The notes beneath the pieces are model-generated. The model saw only the letters and a list, made by a program, of their open reading frames with translations. It was not told where the DNA came from and searched no databases. Of a stretch of 37,842 nt of DNA, positions 11,562 to 23,147 are shown in pieces. A program made the translations under genes and the position numbers. The DNA lies in assembly GCA_000934665.2 (NCBI GenBank), contig JYFJ02003766.1, positions 1 through 37,842 of the forward strand. The letters run 5' to 3'. This DNA is from Catajapyx aquilonaris (taxonomy: Eukaryota). The number at the start of each line of letters is the position of its first letter. Position 1 is the first letter of the stretch.

Positions 11562-12690
11562 AATCCCCCTTACATTCCATGCACTCATTAACACCTGTTC
11601 ACTATTCATTACTGTCTCCAAGCTAGAGTCACTCACACCAATCACCTTATGCACTCCTAACTCACTCATACGGTCCAATGTTGATTCAATTTCTGGTTCA
11701 TCATCTCTGCCCCTGTCTCATGGTTGATTTTGCAGCTCCACTTGCGCCGCCCTACTCGCCGGCTTCTTAGTGAGGTGCTGCGACCTTTCTTCTGGGGATG
11801 CGGAGGGTGGCCGTTTGTCTTGTCGTTGTCGTACATGTTGAGACCCATCCATCTGCTCTTCTGCAATTGGGGCAAGGGCCCCTTCTTCTATGACATCTGG
11901 GTGTAACCCGGGATCCCCAGGCTGGAGACGAACCCTGCTCTTGCCCCATCATACCAACTCGCCCTGGGCGTTCAGCTTGTGGCGCACTCCGTCGATCAGT
12001 AGTTGGTCGTGACGTAGGGAGGCCTTCTTTCCATCGTTTTTCGCCTTGATCAAATGTGGAATCAGGTCCCTTCTCTTCGTCCTTGTTTCCGGGCTATAGT
12101 CCTCCCCATTGACATCCCCACCCTTGACAGCTTTCCACCGTTGCGTATAATGCCTTGTTTGTCCTTATAGTAGGGAAACGCCACAATCACTGGACGCGGA
12201 CGTTTTGCCGACGGCACCCTCCGGCCAAGACGGTGGGCCCGCTCAATTGCTGGTGGGTAAAACCTCGATAGTAGAAGCTCAAAATCCTTCACGCACTTCA
12301 GCACTTTTAATTCGCACTGGTCCCATGTTTCCCGTTCTTCTTCTGGTATGCCATAAAAAACAATATTGTTCCGTCGCGAACGGTCTTCCAGGTCCCTATT
12401 GCGCTCCTTCAGTGCTTGGATCTGGTCCCACATTCCCCCCATTTGATCTTCGATGGTGTTGGACTTGCCCTCTATGTGCTCCATCTTTGAGCACAATTGG
12501 TCTACCTTGATCATGAGGGGCTCAACCACTTCCTGGTGCATCTGCTGTTTCAGGTCCATCAGAAGGCTGACTTTGAGATTATCCAGGAGCAACTTGAGGG
12601 TTGCCTTGGTTACAGGAGTCTCCACCATTCGAAGTCTGCTGCAGTTGACCCGCTTATCTTTCAAGACAGGAGCTCGATGCTAACCCAACC
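11562..12690 (-). mobile_element. 5' fragment of a non-LTR retrotransposon (degenerate ORF1 plus the start of ORF2)
   Basis: ORF 12062-12664 has a coiled coil and L1-type RRM motifs (EDRSRRNNIVFYGIPE, IERAHRLG, RPRPVIVAF). After a frameshift it continues EDYSPETRTKRRDL. ORF2 starts at 11609 (MNSEQVLMSAWNVRG, endonuclease motif I) and then breaks off. Confidence 0.88.
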
Positions 12691-13182
12691 TTTCCCTCTC
12701 AGCTCTGTAGTGCTTCTCGGGCATCATTAATTTCTGCAAGAACAGACTCCTATAAACCCAAAAAGCACAGAAACGGAAACGATTGCAACGCACTGAGCAA
12801 AACTTCAATTTCTGACCACTTTGTAGCATTTTCATCTGAACTTGTCATCATTCTAATGCATAATCGTTGGGTGTTTATAAATTAAGTAATAATTGGAAAA
12901 CATCTTAATATTTGAAGAATCACGAAAATAATCGCGTTCGCTGCAGCTGCAGTGTGCCAAAAAGTGCCGCCCCCTTCAACTTGCCGCCCGGGGCAGTGCG
13001 CCCCGCCGCGCTATGCCACTGAATTAGCCATCATTTTAGGCATTGTTCAAAGAATGATTGCATATAGTCAATACATTGAAAAGTATTATATAAAAATTAA
13101 TAAAAATTAAAATGTGGATGGCATCCTAAAAGACCCCATGTCACGGTTGCCGTAACTTTCAGGCACATCACAGTTACACGGT

Positions 13183-13545
13183 TAAGATACATGTGTTTGA
13201 ATTTTAACTCAGGAAAAAATGGCTGCACCTTCATGTTCGGAATATGATTAGTAATTAATTCTCGAATGTTGATTAGTGTTATGAGTAATTTATTGTTTGC
13301 AATACTTTGAGAACTTATGAATGATGATGTCGATGTGGAAATATAGGCATATTTTAAACTTGTCTGAGAGTAGTGTTGAAATCTGGTGTCCCCTAGGGAG
13401 AACACAAGAGGCAAATGCACCCACATTTGGACGAGTAAAATATGTGTGTTGATTTTGTATGCTTTGTTGAACTCTATTTTAATGAATCGATATCATTAAA
13501 ACGAGATTACATGGCAACAGGGTACCATGGGAATCGTGGCAACAA
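13183..13545 (+). repeat. Dispersed repeat, copy 1 (copy 2 at 36188-36575)
   Basis: Shared TTAAGATAC.GTG..TTTGAATTTTAAC..., GATTAGTAATTAATTCTCGAATGTTGATTAG and GCAAATGCACC.ACAT. Confidence 0.8.
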
Positions 13546-14219
13546 TGCTTGATTGTTGTTGATTGTGACTAAATTACAACCCTTCTTTGCACGGCCTGTT
13601 TCCGTGGTAATGCAATCGACAACAATCAATCATTGGTGATATTATGAAGGTATGGATATTGCTGAATGTCACTGTTGCGGTGGTAATGTAATCAACAACT
13701 ATTATAGCCATACTAGGTTACATTTTCCTAGCATCCCATAATTATAAATAACAGCCATTGTCCCGCAAACAAGCACCCATAAAAATGTTCTATCTCGATT
13801 TTTGGGTTTTGGGAACTAATATGAACTAATGAAAACAAAAAAAGGTCAAAAATTGAAAAAAATAATTCCCGGCATATCTGGGTTAATATCACTCCTACTA
13901 CAAATTTTCATCAAGAAAAGAAAAAAATGGCCACAAAAAAAAACGCAGTCAAAGAGTTAAACTTTTTATACCCACTCCCTGGATAAGTGCACCAAAAAAG
14001 GCTTCATGATGGGAAGCCACCACTCCTTGACCCCTACTTTTAACCTGCAACCCACCATCTTCCAGCAGGCAGAATCTGTTTGGCATGTCTACTTTCCCCA
14101 TTGTCAATCCATTTGTTGTTAACTGCCAACTCTTCTGACTTGTCTGATGAGCTCAGTACTGTTATATGCCCATGAAGTGTAAGCTGCCAATATTAGGTTG
14201 CAAGGACCTCACTGTTGTA

Positions 14220-14381
14220 CAGTGCTGGCCAATAATCGAGGCAACCGCCAGCGACATTTTTCCGAAGCGGCAGAAGAAGGAATCTGGCTCGCCCGGCTTG
14301 TAGCATGCTTATCTTCGATTCCTTCTTCTGCCGCTTCGGAAAAATGTCGCTGGCGGTTGCCTCGATTATTGGCCAGCACTG
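14220..14381. mobile_element. Young Tc1-type MITE with perfect 65-bp TIRs
   Basis: TA|CAGTGCTGGCCAATAATCGAGG...GAATC, ~32-nt spacer, exact reverse complement, |TA. Confidence 0.92.
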
Positions 14382-14683
14382 TACCATCTGCAAGGGTGTC
14401 TCTTCTGAAAATAATGTATTTTATAATTTATTTTAATTGCCATTTCATCCAGTGATTATTCCCCATAGGAAATTCATTGCAATTAAGAGCATGGTTGGGC
14501 GATTCAAATTGGCCAAATATTATAGCAACCAATACTTTTGATAACTCTAAAAAGTATTTTAGGTAGCATTGCAACTTTGCAGAAGGGGTGCAGGCAACTT
14601 GCAGTCCTTCACTAATATGGCTGCAATATCATGGGTTTGAATTTTTGTGATTCCAAAACCTCACCCACCCCATAGCTTGTTAA

Positions 14684-15543
14684 CCCCTTCGCTACCAGAT
14701 AGGCCCGAACCATACAGATTTCGGCTTACGTGTACTCCGAAGATACTGATAAGATATTTTACAAATAATAACAGCTATACTTACCAGATCTGGGAAAAGG
14801 TTGTGAATGTGTCTGGAACAATTTTACTTGTGTAGAAGACCCGGAATTAATTTCCAAAAAAAGGCTATAAAAATTAGAAATTCTAGTACTGCTGGCCAAC
14901 TGTTAGGCGGATTTAATTATTAAATGCGTGATAATATGCAGAATAACAACCTTGAGAACCATTCCAGAAGACAGTGAAATCGTCGTACTTTGCGAGAAAT
15001 AATACTTATTTGCAGCTTTCTGGCACTTCGGGAAACTCCCAATTGGGAGTTTTCTGAAGTGTCAAAGGCCGCAAATAAGTATTAATTAATTCAATATTAA
15101 TATTATTATAATAAATTAATACTTATTTGCGGCTTGTTGGAACTTCGGAAAACTCAAATTTGGGAGTTTTCCGATGTGTCAAAAAGTGGCAAATAATTAT
15201 TATTAAATTTATTTCTAAATTTATTTCTCGCAAAGTACGACTATTTCAGTAAATTCATCTGGCATAGTTTTCAAGGTTGTTATTCAGCATATTTTCACAC
15301 ATTTCATAATTAAATCCGCCTAGCAGTTGGTCGGCAGTACTCCAATTTCGAATTTTTATATCCCTTTTTTTTGGGAAATTAATTCCGGGACTTCTAGACA
15401 AGTAAAATTGTTCCAGATGCATTCACAAAGTTTTCCCAGATCTGGCAAGTATAGCTGTTATTATTTGTAAAATACCTTGTCAGTATCTTCAGAATACGCA
15501 TAAACTGAAATGTGTGGTTCGGGCCTATCTGGTAGCGAAGGGG
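14684..15543. mobile_element. piggyBac-type foldback, nearly fully palindromic
   Basis: TTAA|CCCCTTCGCTACCAGATAGGCCCGAACC ... GGTTCGGGCCTATCTGGTAGCGAAGGGG|TTGA; arms ~400 bp. Confidence 0.9.
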
Positions 15544-15599
15544 TTGAATGGCTTCCAACAGCCCCCTGTCACTCCCTATACCAGGACATTGCTACCCCC

Positions 15600-15886
15600 G
15601 TGAGCTTAGCTGATCTCCCCCACCGAGGGGGCTAGAGTCAAGTGCCAGTGTAGGTGGCGCCTTACCTAGCGGGGCAATTCTGAACCATTAGGGTCGACTC
15701 AGATTGGCTGGAGTCTGAAAGGCCTCATGTGGATAGCCATGTTGTGGTCCAAGCAGGTCACCCAATAGGCGTCGACCCTAATGGTTCAGAATTGCCCCGC
15801 TAGATAAGGCACCACCTGTACTGGCACTTGACTCTAGCGCCGAATGTGGCCAACCCCCCTCGGTGGGGGAGATCAGGTATGCTCAC
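15600..15886. mobile_element. Foldback MITE, superfamily unclear
   Basis: ~100-bp arms TGATCTCCCCCACCGAGGGGG...CCATTAGGGTCGAC; no clear TSD. Confidence 0.75.
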
Positions 15887-16164
15887 ACGAAAAGAGGGAG
15901 AGTGACTGGGGGCTAGCTTCCAACTTGATGCACATTCCATGATGCACAAAAATGGTCATGCACATCTCTCTCATTTCATTTGAGTGTGTCAAGTTTGGGG
16001 CTGTAATGACATAAATTAAAGGGGCTTGCAATGTACAAGATTGGAACTCTGGGTTTTGTTGGAACTTGAGCTGGGAGTACAGTACCACATTCAAAAACTG
16101 ATGTCATAACCTCATACATTTTTGAAATGATTAAAGCAGTAATTTGAAAACGTAAACTTTCCAG

Positions 16165-16304
16165 GTTTAGTTCCCACCCTGAAACAAATGTGCAGGACAA
16201 GCATTCGCACTCAGATATCGATGGTGCTGACCCCCAGACTGATGATGACGGATGCCATCAAGGAATTGAAGATACCTCCTGCTCTTTGTGAATACCTTCG
16301 ATAA
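16165..16304 (+). CDS. Terminal exon encoding a SOCS box (LVPTLKQMCRTSIRTQISMVLTPRLMMTDAIKELKIPPALCEYLR*)
   Basis: tttccAG phase-1 acceptor. BC-box PTLKQMCRxxIR plus Cul-box-like IxELxIPPALxEYL immediately before the TAA. Confidence 0.85.
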
Positions 16305-16423
16305 GAAGACAGTGATGTGAAGCAAACCCGCTGCCCATTTTAGCATTAGCGATTTAGCGAAGCAAAAAAATCAGGATGAAATAGATATCTAAGAAATTAA
16401 CAACACAGATTCTTTGTTTTTTA

Positions 16424-17531
16424 CAGGGTTCCCACACGTTTTTAGGAGTGAAATTCCTGACATTTCTCGACTTTTTTTATTGTATTTTCCCGACCTTTTA
16501 ATTGGTAGCACTTTTCCCCCCAAAAATCATGAATTAATAATTTCAAACATTTCGTGCGGGGGTGGGGGCGACCTGCCTGGGCCCCCCTCCTCCCTGCATA
16601 CGCCACTGCTGCCACGGGTGAAATTCGATTGTAATTAAAAATATTCGAGACTTGGGGTCAGGAAGAATTAGGCGACCCAAGTCTCGAATATTTTAAATTA
16701 CAATTGAATTTCACCCATTCCCATGAGACGGACTAACCCCAACCAATTGACTGGTTTCTTACAATATTGATCTCACCCAGAGAAAGAATAGTTTTCGGCA
16801 GTTTTACCTGCCTGTTTTACACTACCTATTACAGCACCCATCTTGAAAAAATGGCGGCAAAAACAGTTTTTTTGGTTTATTTTTTGAACAGTTAATATTA
16901 TCAAAATTTAAAATGGCGACAAGTTAACCTTCGTATCATGCCGAACGACTTCCCACAACATATAAAATTTATCACAGAATTTTAGCGATTTTTTTTTTTG
17001 AACAATCCCGGCTGGTTTGCCACTGAGTTCTTGGGTTTTTCCGGTTTTTCCTTGTGTACCCCCCCAGCCCCCCTCCTGACCACCACCAAAATTCTTCATC
17101 CTCATAAGGGTTAGCTTCCAAACCCTTTTGAGGATTAAAGGACGGTATCCACGTACGAGAATCTCGCATACGAGGAGCCGCGAGATACGAGAAACTGGGG
17201 AAAAGTAGAAAAGTTTCTACTTTTCCCCATTTTCTCGTATCTGGGCATGCGCAGTTGGCTCCTCGCGGCTCTCGTATGCGAGATTCTCGTACGTGGATAC
17301 CGGCCTTAAGCTTGTTGGGAAGTGGGGCATTTTGGTGGTGGTGGTGGGGTGGTGATGGAAAATCCATGAACTAGGTACCTAAACTGTCCATCCATTCTTT
17401 GGTTTTCTGAATATTTTTGCACTTTCCCGACATTTTGTCATTTTCCATGAAATCCCTACCTTTTCAAGGTCGGGAATAAGCAAATTCGAATTCCCGACAT
17501 TCTTAAGTTTCCTGTCAGCGTGGGAACCCTG
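16424..17531. mobile_element. hAT-like element with nested MITEs
   Basis: CAGGGTTCCCAC ... GTGGGAACCCTG termini; TSD is not clean; an internal hairpin lies at 16616-16716. Confidence 0.6.
17139..17306. mobile_element. PIF/Harbinger-type MITE
   Basis: TAA|AGGACGGTATCCACGTACGAGAATCTCGC ... GCGAGATTCTCGTACGTGGATACCGGCCT|TAA. Confidence 0.88.
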
Positions 17532-19236
17532 TTCTTAGACAAATTGTAGGTTTTCCAATAATGTATTTTAAAAACTAATCATTTTATTATTATTTTTTTT
17601 TTTTCATACCCCGTTGTTAGGGCCATGGGCACTAAAAACTAATCATGATAATAAAATCTTGTGAGAAACATTTGGCTATTTTTTCCTGCCTTTTCGTTCA
17701 GGTCCTTGAATTCGTCAAGTTCTAGGTGGCAGATTTTCTTGGGACACATTTTTTATTGTTACAATTTCGAGTTGTATGAACCCTAAAAGGACTGAAATAT
17801 ATGTCAAAATGTTAAATAATATCCATGGACTGACTTGGTGACAAGTTGTTCCTGTCACAAATTATCACCAGCAGGATAACCAGAATCTACATCCAAGTCC
17901 AACAGTGCAGATTAACTTCTGGATCAGTGTTTGTTTATGAATTCAGGTGATGTCTCCATATCTGTGGCAAGGATAATCTTGCTACTAAAGTGCCTTAATT
18001 TTCCCGAAATAAATTAATCCTTGTTGACATTCCTAGTCCATTGGGAGTAATTATTTAGGTGTGCGAAATGGGGGAGGACGGAGGTTGTATGTTTTGGTAA
18101 GTATAATTTAATGAAATAAAAAATTTAAGAGGCTTCTGTCATAGCATGTGACTGTCTCTTTAATTACATTAAATACGTTACTCGAGTACTTGTTCAAGTT
18201 AAAACATTGGTCATTAATCCTTGGTAATTTCAGCACCTATGCAGTGCATGTTTGTCATGTAACGAAACTACAGGTGGTGTTGGAGTGTTGCATTGGCCTA
18301 GTGGCTATAAGTCCCCCTACTACGTGGTCTGAAGGTGACGGGATCAAATCTCTCTCACGGTGTCCTTTTTTCATATGTGATTTTGTCTGGTTCAAATTTC
18401 TCAATCAGAAAAGTTATGCCCCAAAACTGAAAAGTTAAGAACTTATGGTACGTATAATTTTGGCCGCTACTGTAAGTGCATGACAACTTACCATTACCAA
18501 GACACTGAACATAATCGTGATTTATCTTCAACACTTAATTTGCATTTTATTAGCAACTAATAAAATTTATTGTAAAGACTTGCTACTCTCCGATTCACAT
18601 AAGAGTGAACCTTTTTCGATATGCATACACCCGAGGGGTCGGTGAACCGTCCGAAAGTAGTGCCCAACATGCCGGGGCTTACCGCTCTTCACAACAAAAT
18701 GTGCAGTTTGTGTAGCGCTGCAGGTGCAGCTACTGCATGGGCTGTCCAGGATAATTAGGCATTCGAATTACATGTACCAGAACTGTATCTTCGAGAAAGC
18801 CAGAGATACCGGGGACTAATTTTGCGGCGTGGCGGCTCACCGACCCATCAGGCGTATGGGTATCCAAAAAGGTGCAATTACGTGATTTGGGGTGTAGGTG
18901 ATGCATTTGTGTGAGAGTGTCTTTGACTTTTCCCTTTGGACAGTTCCAATAACACTGGGCAACAAATTTTGACAAAAGTCAAGCCTCTAGATTAAAGTAT
19001 AGCCATTTCTTAATGATTTCAAGGTGCTAAACACGTACATGACAATGAAAATGCAAAATTGGTTACGGTTTCTGAGAAATCCGCAATAGTTTCTTATGTA
19101 ATAAGAGCTACACATGCGGAAAACGAAAGGACAATCTGACGTCAAACTCCTAGTAAATGGAAATCTGTCAAACGCACCTCTGGAACTGGTTATGGTCTGC
19201 ATGCACAAACACCACACACCTCCGCAGAATACCAAG

Positions 19237-19510
19237 ATGGCATCCACCCTATCACGCATGTCCAAGCGGGATCAGCACATTGTTGTTCAATTTCTGATGG
19301 CCCAGGGCAATAGCTGCAGAAATCCATTGGAGGATGCTCACGATGTATGGTGCCAGCTGTGTGCCAATCACAACCATTGTGGAGTGGCGCCAGCGAATTC
19401 AAGATGGCAGACCTTCCTCGACCAGGCCCGGCTTGGGAGTGCATTCACACCTGCCATCACTGTGCATGTGGACCAGCAGGTAAGAGAAGATAGTTGGATG
19501 CGTGTTGGAT
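19237..19510 (+). pseudogene. Degenerate mariner transposase N-terminus
   Basis: MASTLSRMSKRDQHIVVQFLMAQG, frameshift, AAEIHWRMLTMYGASC..TIVEWRQRIQDGR; matches the mariner first HTH pattern. Confidence 0.8.
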
Positions 19511-19564
19511 GCATCTGGTTTACTTACAATAGTCAGGCATAGTTATGGTACAGTGTTCACAATT

Positions 19565-19777
19565 GAGGGGTGTGGTAAAAAACATAACTGACATTTTTGT
19601 CATTTTTGACAAACACCTAGCAACTATGCATAAGACATGACAAACAGTTTGGTATACTCCAAGTTCACGTATCAAAACCACCATTCCCTATGATTTGTTA
19701 AGAAAATGCAAACTTTAATTCGCTCTCCTGAAAAATTACACCTTTGTCAGTTATCATGTTTTTCCACCACACCCCTC
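19565..19777. mobile_element. Sola-type MITE
   Basis: AATT|GAGGGGTGTGGT ... CCACACCCCTC|AATT: GAG termini and 4-bp TSD. Confidence 0.75.
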
Positions 19778-19874
19778 AATTGACCATCACCACCTGGAGT
19801 ATTGCAAGATTAGTGGGTACCCTAGTGCCTGACTGTAGAACAGCAGCTCCAAATGGGATTGCCATGGGAATATC

Positions 19875-19876
<2 letters not shown>

Positions 19877-19933
<57 letters not shown>

Positions 19934-20241
19934 CTGGGGTAGTGCTTGACCTCATCTGAGGTATGCAGCACAGACCTTTATTTATTATGTCAAGTACATT
20001 GGAGCCTTTATATATAACGCCCAGGCCCACGGGCAGGATGACAGAGGGGATGTGCAAGGTGCAGTGCATCTGACGCTGTGGCCATTTTTAGTGAACTCCC
20101 CTGGGTGGTTGAGTCTGTGGAAATACCACCCGAGACGAAGCCAGAAGTGACCCTGAACTCTGCACGAGATGAAGGGGGTGTCCCCGGGTTGGGATCGAAC
20201 CCGGGACCTTAACATCTGTGGGCGCATACGTTACCGCAGCA
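19877..20241 (-). mobile_element. tRNA-derived SINE, family A, second copy
   Basis: Reverse-complement homologue of 1375-1755 with (ATT)n tail; 15-bp TSD CCATGGGAATATCTT (19862-19876 and 20242-20256). Confidence 0.93.
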
Positions 20242-20256
20242 CCATGGGAATATCTT

Positions 20257-20425
20257 CAATGCAGGCACCACTCCATGACGGTTGTCTTTGCTACGCAGCT
20301 GGCCCTGTACACTGTAAGCATCCTTCAATGGATTTCCATGGGTCTATTGGCCTCAGCTGTCAGAAATTGAACAACAATGCACTGATCCTGCTTGGACATG
20401 CGCAATAGGGAGCATGTCATCTTGG
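20257..20425 (-). pseudogene. Second degenerate mariner transposase N-terminus, inverted relative to 19237
   Basis: MTCSLLRMSKQDQCIVVQFLTAEANRPMEIH*RMLTVYRASCVAKTTVMEW. Confidence 0.75.
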
Positions 20426-21938
20426 TTGCAATGGTGGAAGTTTCAACTCCCCATGTTCAGCAGTATCTGCTCCAGATGTCCTGAACAGGTTTCATTTGAT
20501 TCGTTCTCGTAGATTTGGTGCATTTCCAGTCAGCTCCTTCCAATCTTTTACAGGCCCCAAAATGGTTTCTATCAATCCTCATATTCCATAACTTAGGACC
20601 TGAATATGTTAGTTCACTTGGCTGGAATACGTCACAGATACCTATACCCTGTTCCCTAAACGTAATGTACCTTGACATGCCATCTTTCAGCCTTCTGTAT
20701 GTTATGTAATTTATGGATGAGTCAATAACAAAAGGCATTCCAAGGGATGCATCATTTCTAGAATTCACTAACAACATATTCCTGAAACTTCAAGTCACTT
20801 AAAAATGCATGCAACAACTGGAGAGGACCAAGCACTTTCAAAATAACAAAATGACTAAGTTTAATCCATTATTTACAGCCAGAAGGAATTTTTCGCTGGT
20901 GGGGTGTAATTATACGTATTTACAACCCTCACCTTGTCATTGCCACATCTGGATGAAGGTAACCAAAGCCAACCTTTTAACAAGAGCTAGCTATTGACAA
21001 TTGGCCCTAGGCGACATTATGCATTTTTCATGAATTCTTCCAATGAATCTGCCGTAATGCTCCAAATTCAAAGTCCAGAAATGTTTCATAGTCGTTCACT
21101 ATCGGCCCAATGAGTGTAAAGAAATTCATGACCATTCCTTACAGTTTAGGAAGTACATTCCAAAATTTAGAAATTACACCATAAATTTAATTGCTATAAT
21201 CTATAATTCTATATCAAAGATGGCTGTCATGATATTGGGCTTTTGCTAATTACATACCTTGTTATGCCTTGTTTTCACCATAGTGTAACTAAATGATGCC
21301 TATAATTACTAGCTTCAACTCCAATGTTTTCAAGGGTTATTTTGGCGTAATGAAGGAAATATAAGGCAACGCTGCATTTAATTGGATGCGAGTGCAGGCA
21401 ACCCGATACTCAGCCCATTTTTTAACTGTCTAATCGCTGGACCTAAACAATCATGCCAAACTTATGTGCTGTATAGAAGAGGACCTGAGTCATGCACGTG
21501 AACAATTTTTCACTCTATATAAGCATTATTGCACTTCTAAGAGCAAGATAATGGCGCAAAATTAAAATTTATTGAAAAAATTTTCACGTCAACATTTTAT
21601 AACCAAGTCATTGACTTAAAACCATCAAATATTTGTCACATGAGTCTTAGATTGTAACAATTCCAATGACATCTCAGCCATCAACATCGTGACCTTGACC
21701 ATCGAGATATGGCGATTTTTTTCGTTGTCCCGATTTTCGGGACAGTGGGAGATAAAGGGTTAAACCACAGAATAGGCCTAAGAGTTGATAGGTTGGTTAT
21801 TTATATTATTAATGTAACGTTAAGTTCCCACCCCTCTTCCATGGAGAACTTGCTGGGATAAAGTTGGAATTCGCAATTGGCTTTGGAAACAAACATGTAG
21901 AGTAAAATAACTTTAATTGGCCAGTAATGAATGAAAAT

Positions 21939-21944
21939 TTTATT
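21939..21944 (-). terminator. Polyadenylation signal AATAAA of RPL28
   Basis: tttatt on the + strand, about 30 nt downstream of the RPL28 stop. Confidence 0.75.
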
Positions 21945-21973
21945 CGAGCTGGATCCTCATTACAGCCTCTGGT

Positions 21974-22057
21974 TTACTCTGGCTTCTTCGGCCTGCCCTT
22001 CTTCACTGGTACTGGCTTCTGGGACTTCAGGATTGCACTTGCCCGGCGAAGAGCAGA
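21974..22057 (-). CDS. RPL28: RPL28 terminal coding exon (SALRRASAILKSQKPVPVKKGRPKKPE*)
   Basis: Conserved RRASAIL.SQKPV motif, tttcatAG acceptor, TAA stop; spliced total is 137 aa. Confidence 0.97.
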   Translation of the reverse strand, partial: SALRRASAILKSQKPVPVKKGRPKKPE

Positions 22058-22129
22058 CTATGAAAAATAGATTGCATCAGCTCAACTCTTGCACGCTAAC
22101 AGTTTCTATTAGAACTTTTATGTTCAAGA

Positions 22130-22207
22130 AATAACCATCAGTTATTAAGTAAGATCATCACTATGATACAGCGATCTTGGTGGTTAGGTATTTCATCATA
22201 GGTTATT
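22130..22207 (-). ncRNA. Intronic box C/D snoRNA, U24/SNORD24-like 28S guide
   Basis: Box C ATGATGA (22199-22193), D' CTGT (22171-22168), C' GTGATGA (22161-22155), D CTGA (22141-22138), and a 7-bp terminal stem AATAACC/GGTTATT. Guide ACCACCAAGATC is antisense to the conserved 28S GAUCUUGGUGGU. It lies ~80 nt upstream of the 3' splice site of the last RPL28 intron. Confidence 0.88.
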
Positions 22208-22449
22208 CTGCTACCAAGCAGTAACATGGAATGTTTACGTCACTTTGATATACAGCACATTCTGAATTGCATGCATATGCTTGCAATTTTTTTTTTACTA
22301 AATATGTTTTTATTAAGCTATTATTATGCACTATCAAAAACATTTGCCATTGATCTTAGGTTGAATGGCTTTCAGGCCATAAAGAATGCTAACAAGAAAG
22401 GAAATATGTAGGGTACCTACTTGGCATTAAGAAAAGGTTTTGATGTTAA

Positions 22450-23049
22450 AGGGACAGTCCACTCAAAATACAAGTAGGTTTCTAAGAATCAGGCAACGAA
22501 ACCTGATTCCGAGAATGCGATCCGTTTATCTCTGAGGCGAACGGTAATAACAGGGGAAGAGACGAAAGTCGGAAAAAATTCGAGGTCTGATTGAGCGTGG
22601 CGATGCTCTGCACCGTCCACGGGCGAAGTTGGATACTGATAATACCCTGCGGCGCGGGTTTGAATGCAGTTCGGCCCGATACTTCTGGATGCTGCCAACG
22701 CATATGTTGTCACCGAGGTGTTACTTTTCGGGCCTCGCTTTTGCTTGGCCCCTTGGCCCCTAATTGTTTACCTCGGTAACAACATATGCATTGGCAGCAG
22801 CCAGAAATATCTGACCGAACTGCATTTCAAACTTGTGGGGGGTCCGCATCCAACTTCCTCAGGCAGCCGCCAGGTGGCCGTGGGAGGTGTGGGCTGGACA
22901 GGAGGGGCAGGGGGATAGCAGCCGGCCTACTTGGACCTTTATTTCTGGGTTTACCGTTCGCCGTAGAAAAAAACCCGATGGTATCACCAGAATCAGGATT
23001 TTTTGCCTGATTTTTAGAGACCAACTTGTATTTTGAGCGGACTGTCCCT
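22450..23049. mobile_element. Kolobok-type MITE (short relative of 29969-31529)
   Basis: TTAA|AGGGACAGTCC ... GGACTGTCCCT|TTAA; made almost entirely of the TIR sequence of the larger element. Confidence 0.85.
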
Positions 23050-23147
23050 TTAAGGTGCGTAAGAGTGTGAATTGAAAAGTGAAATCTACAATAATTGGAC
23101 GAGTGACCATCAATCGAGAGACACAGGGGTCAAAATCTTAATTTCAG

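Noticed and set aside
21931..22134. Plus-strand ORFs overlapping RPL28 exons (also 27939-28136)
   Set aside because: Antisense shadows of the real minus-strand exons.
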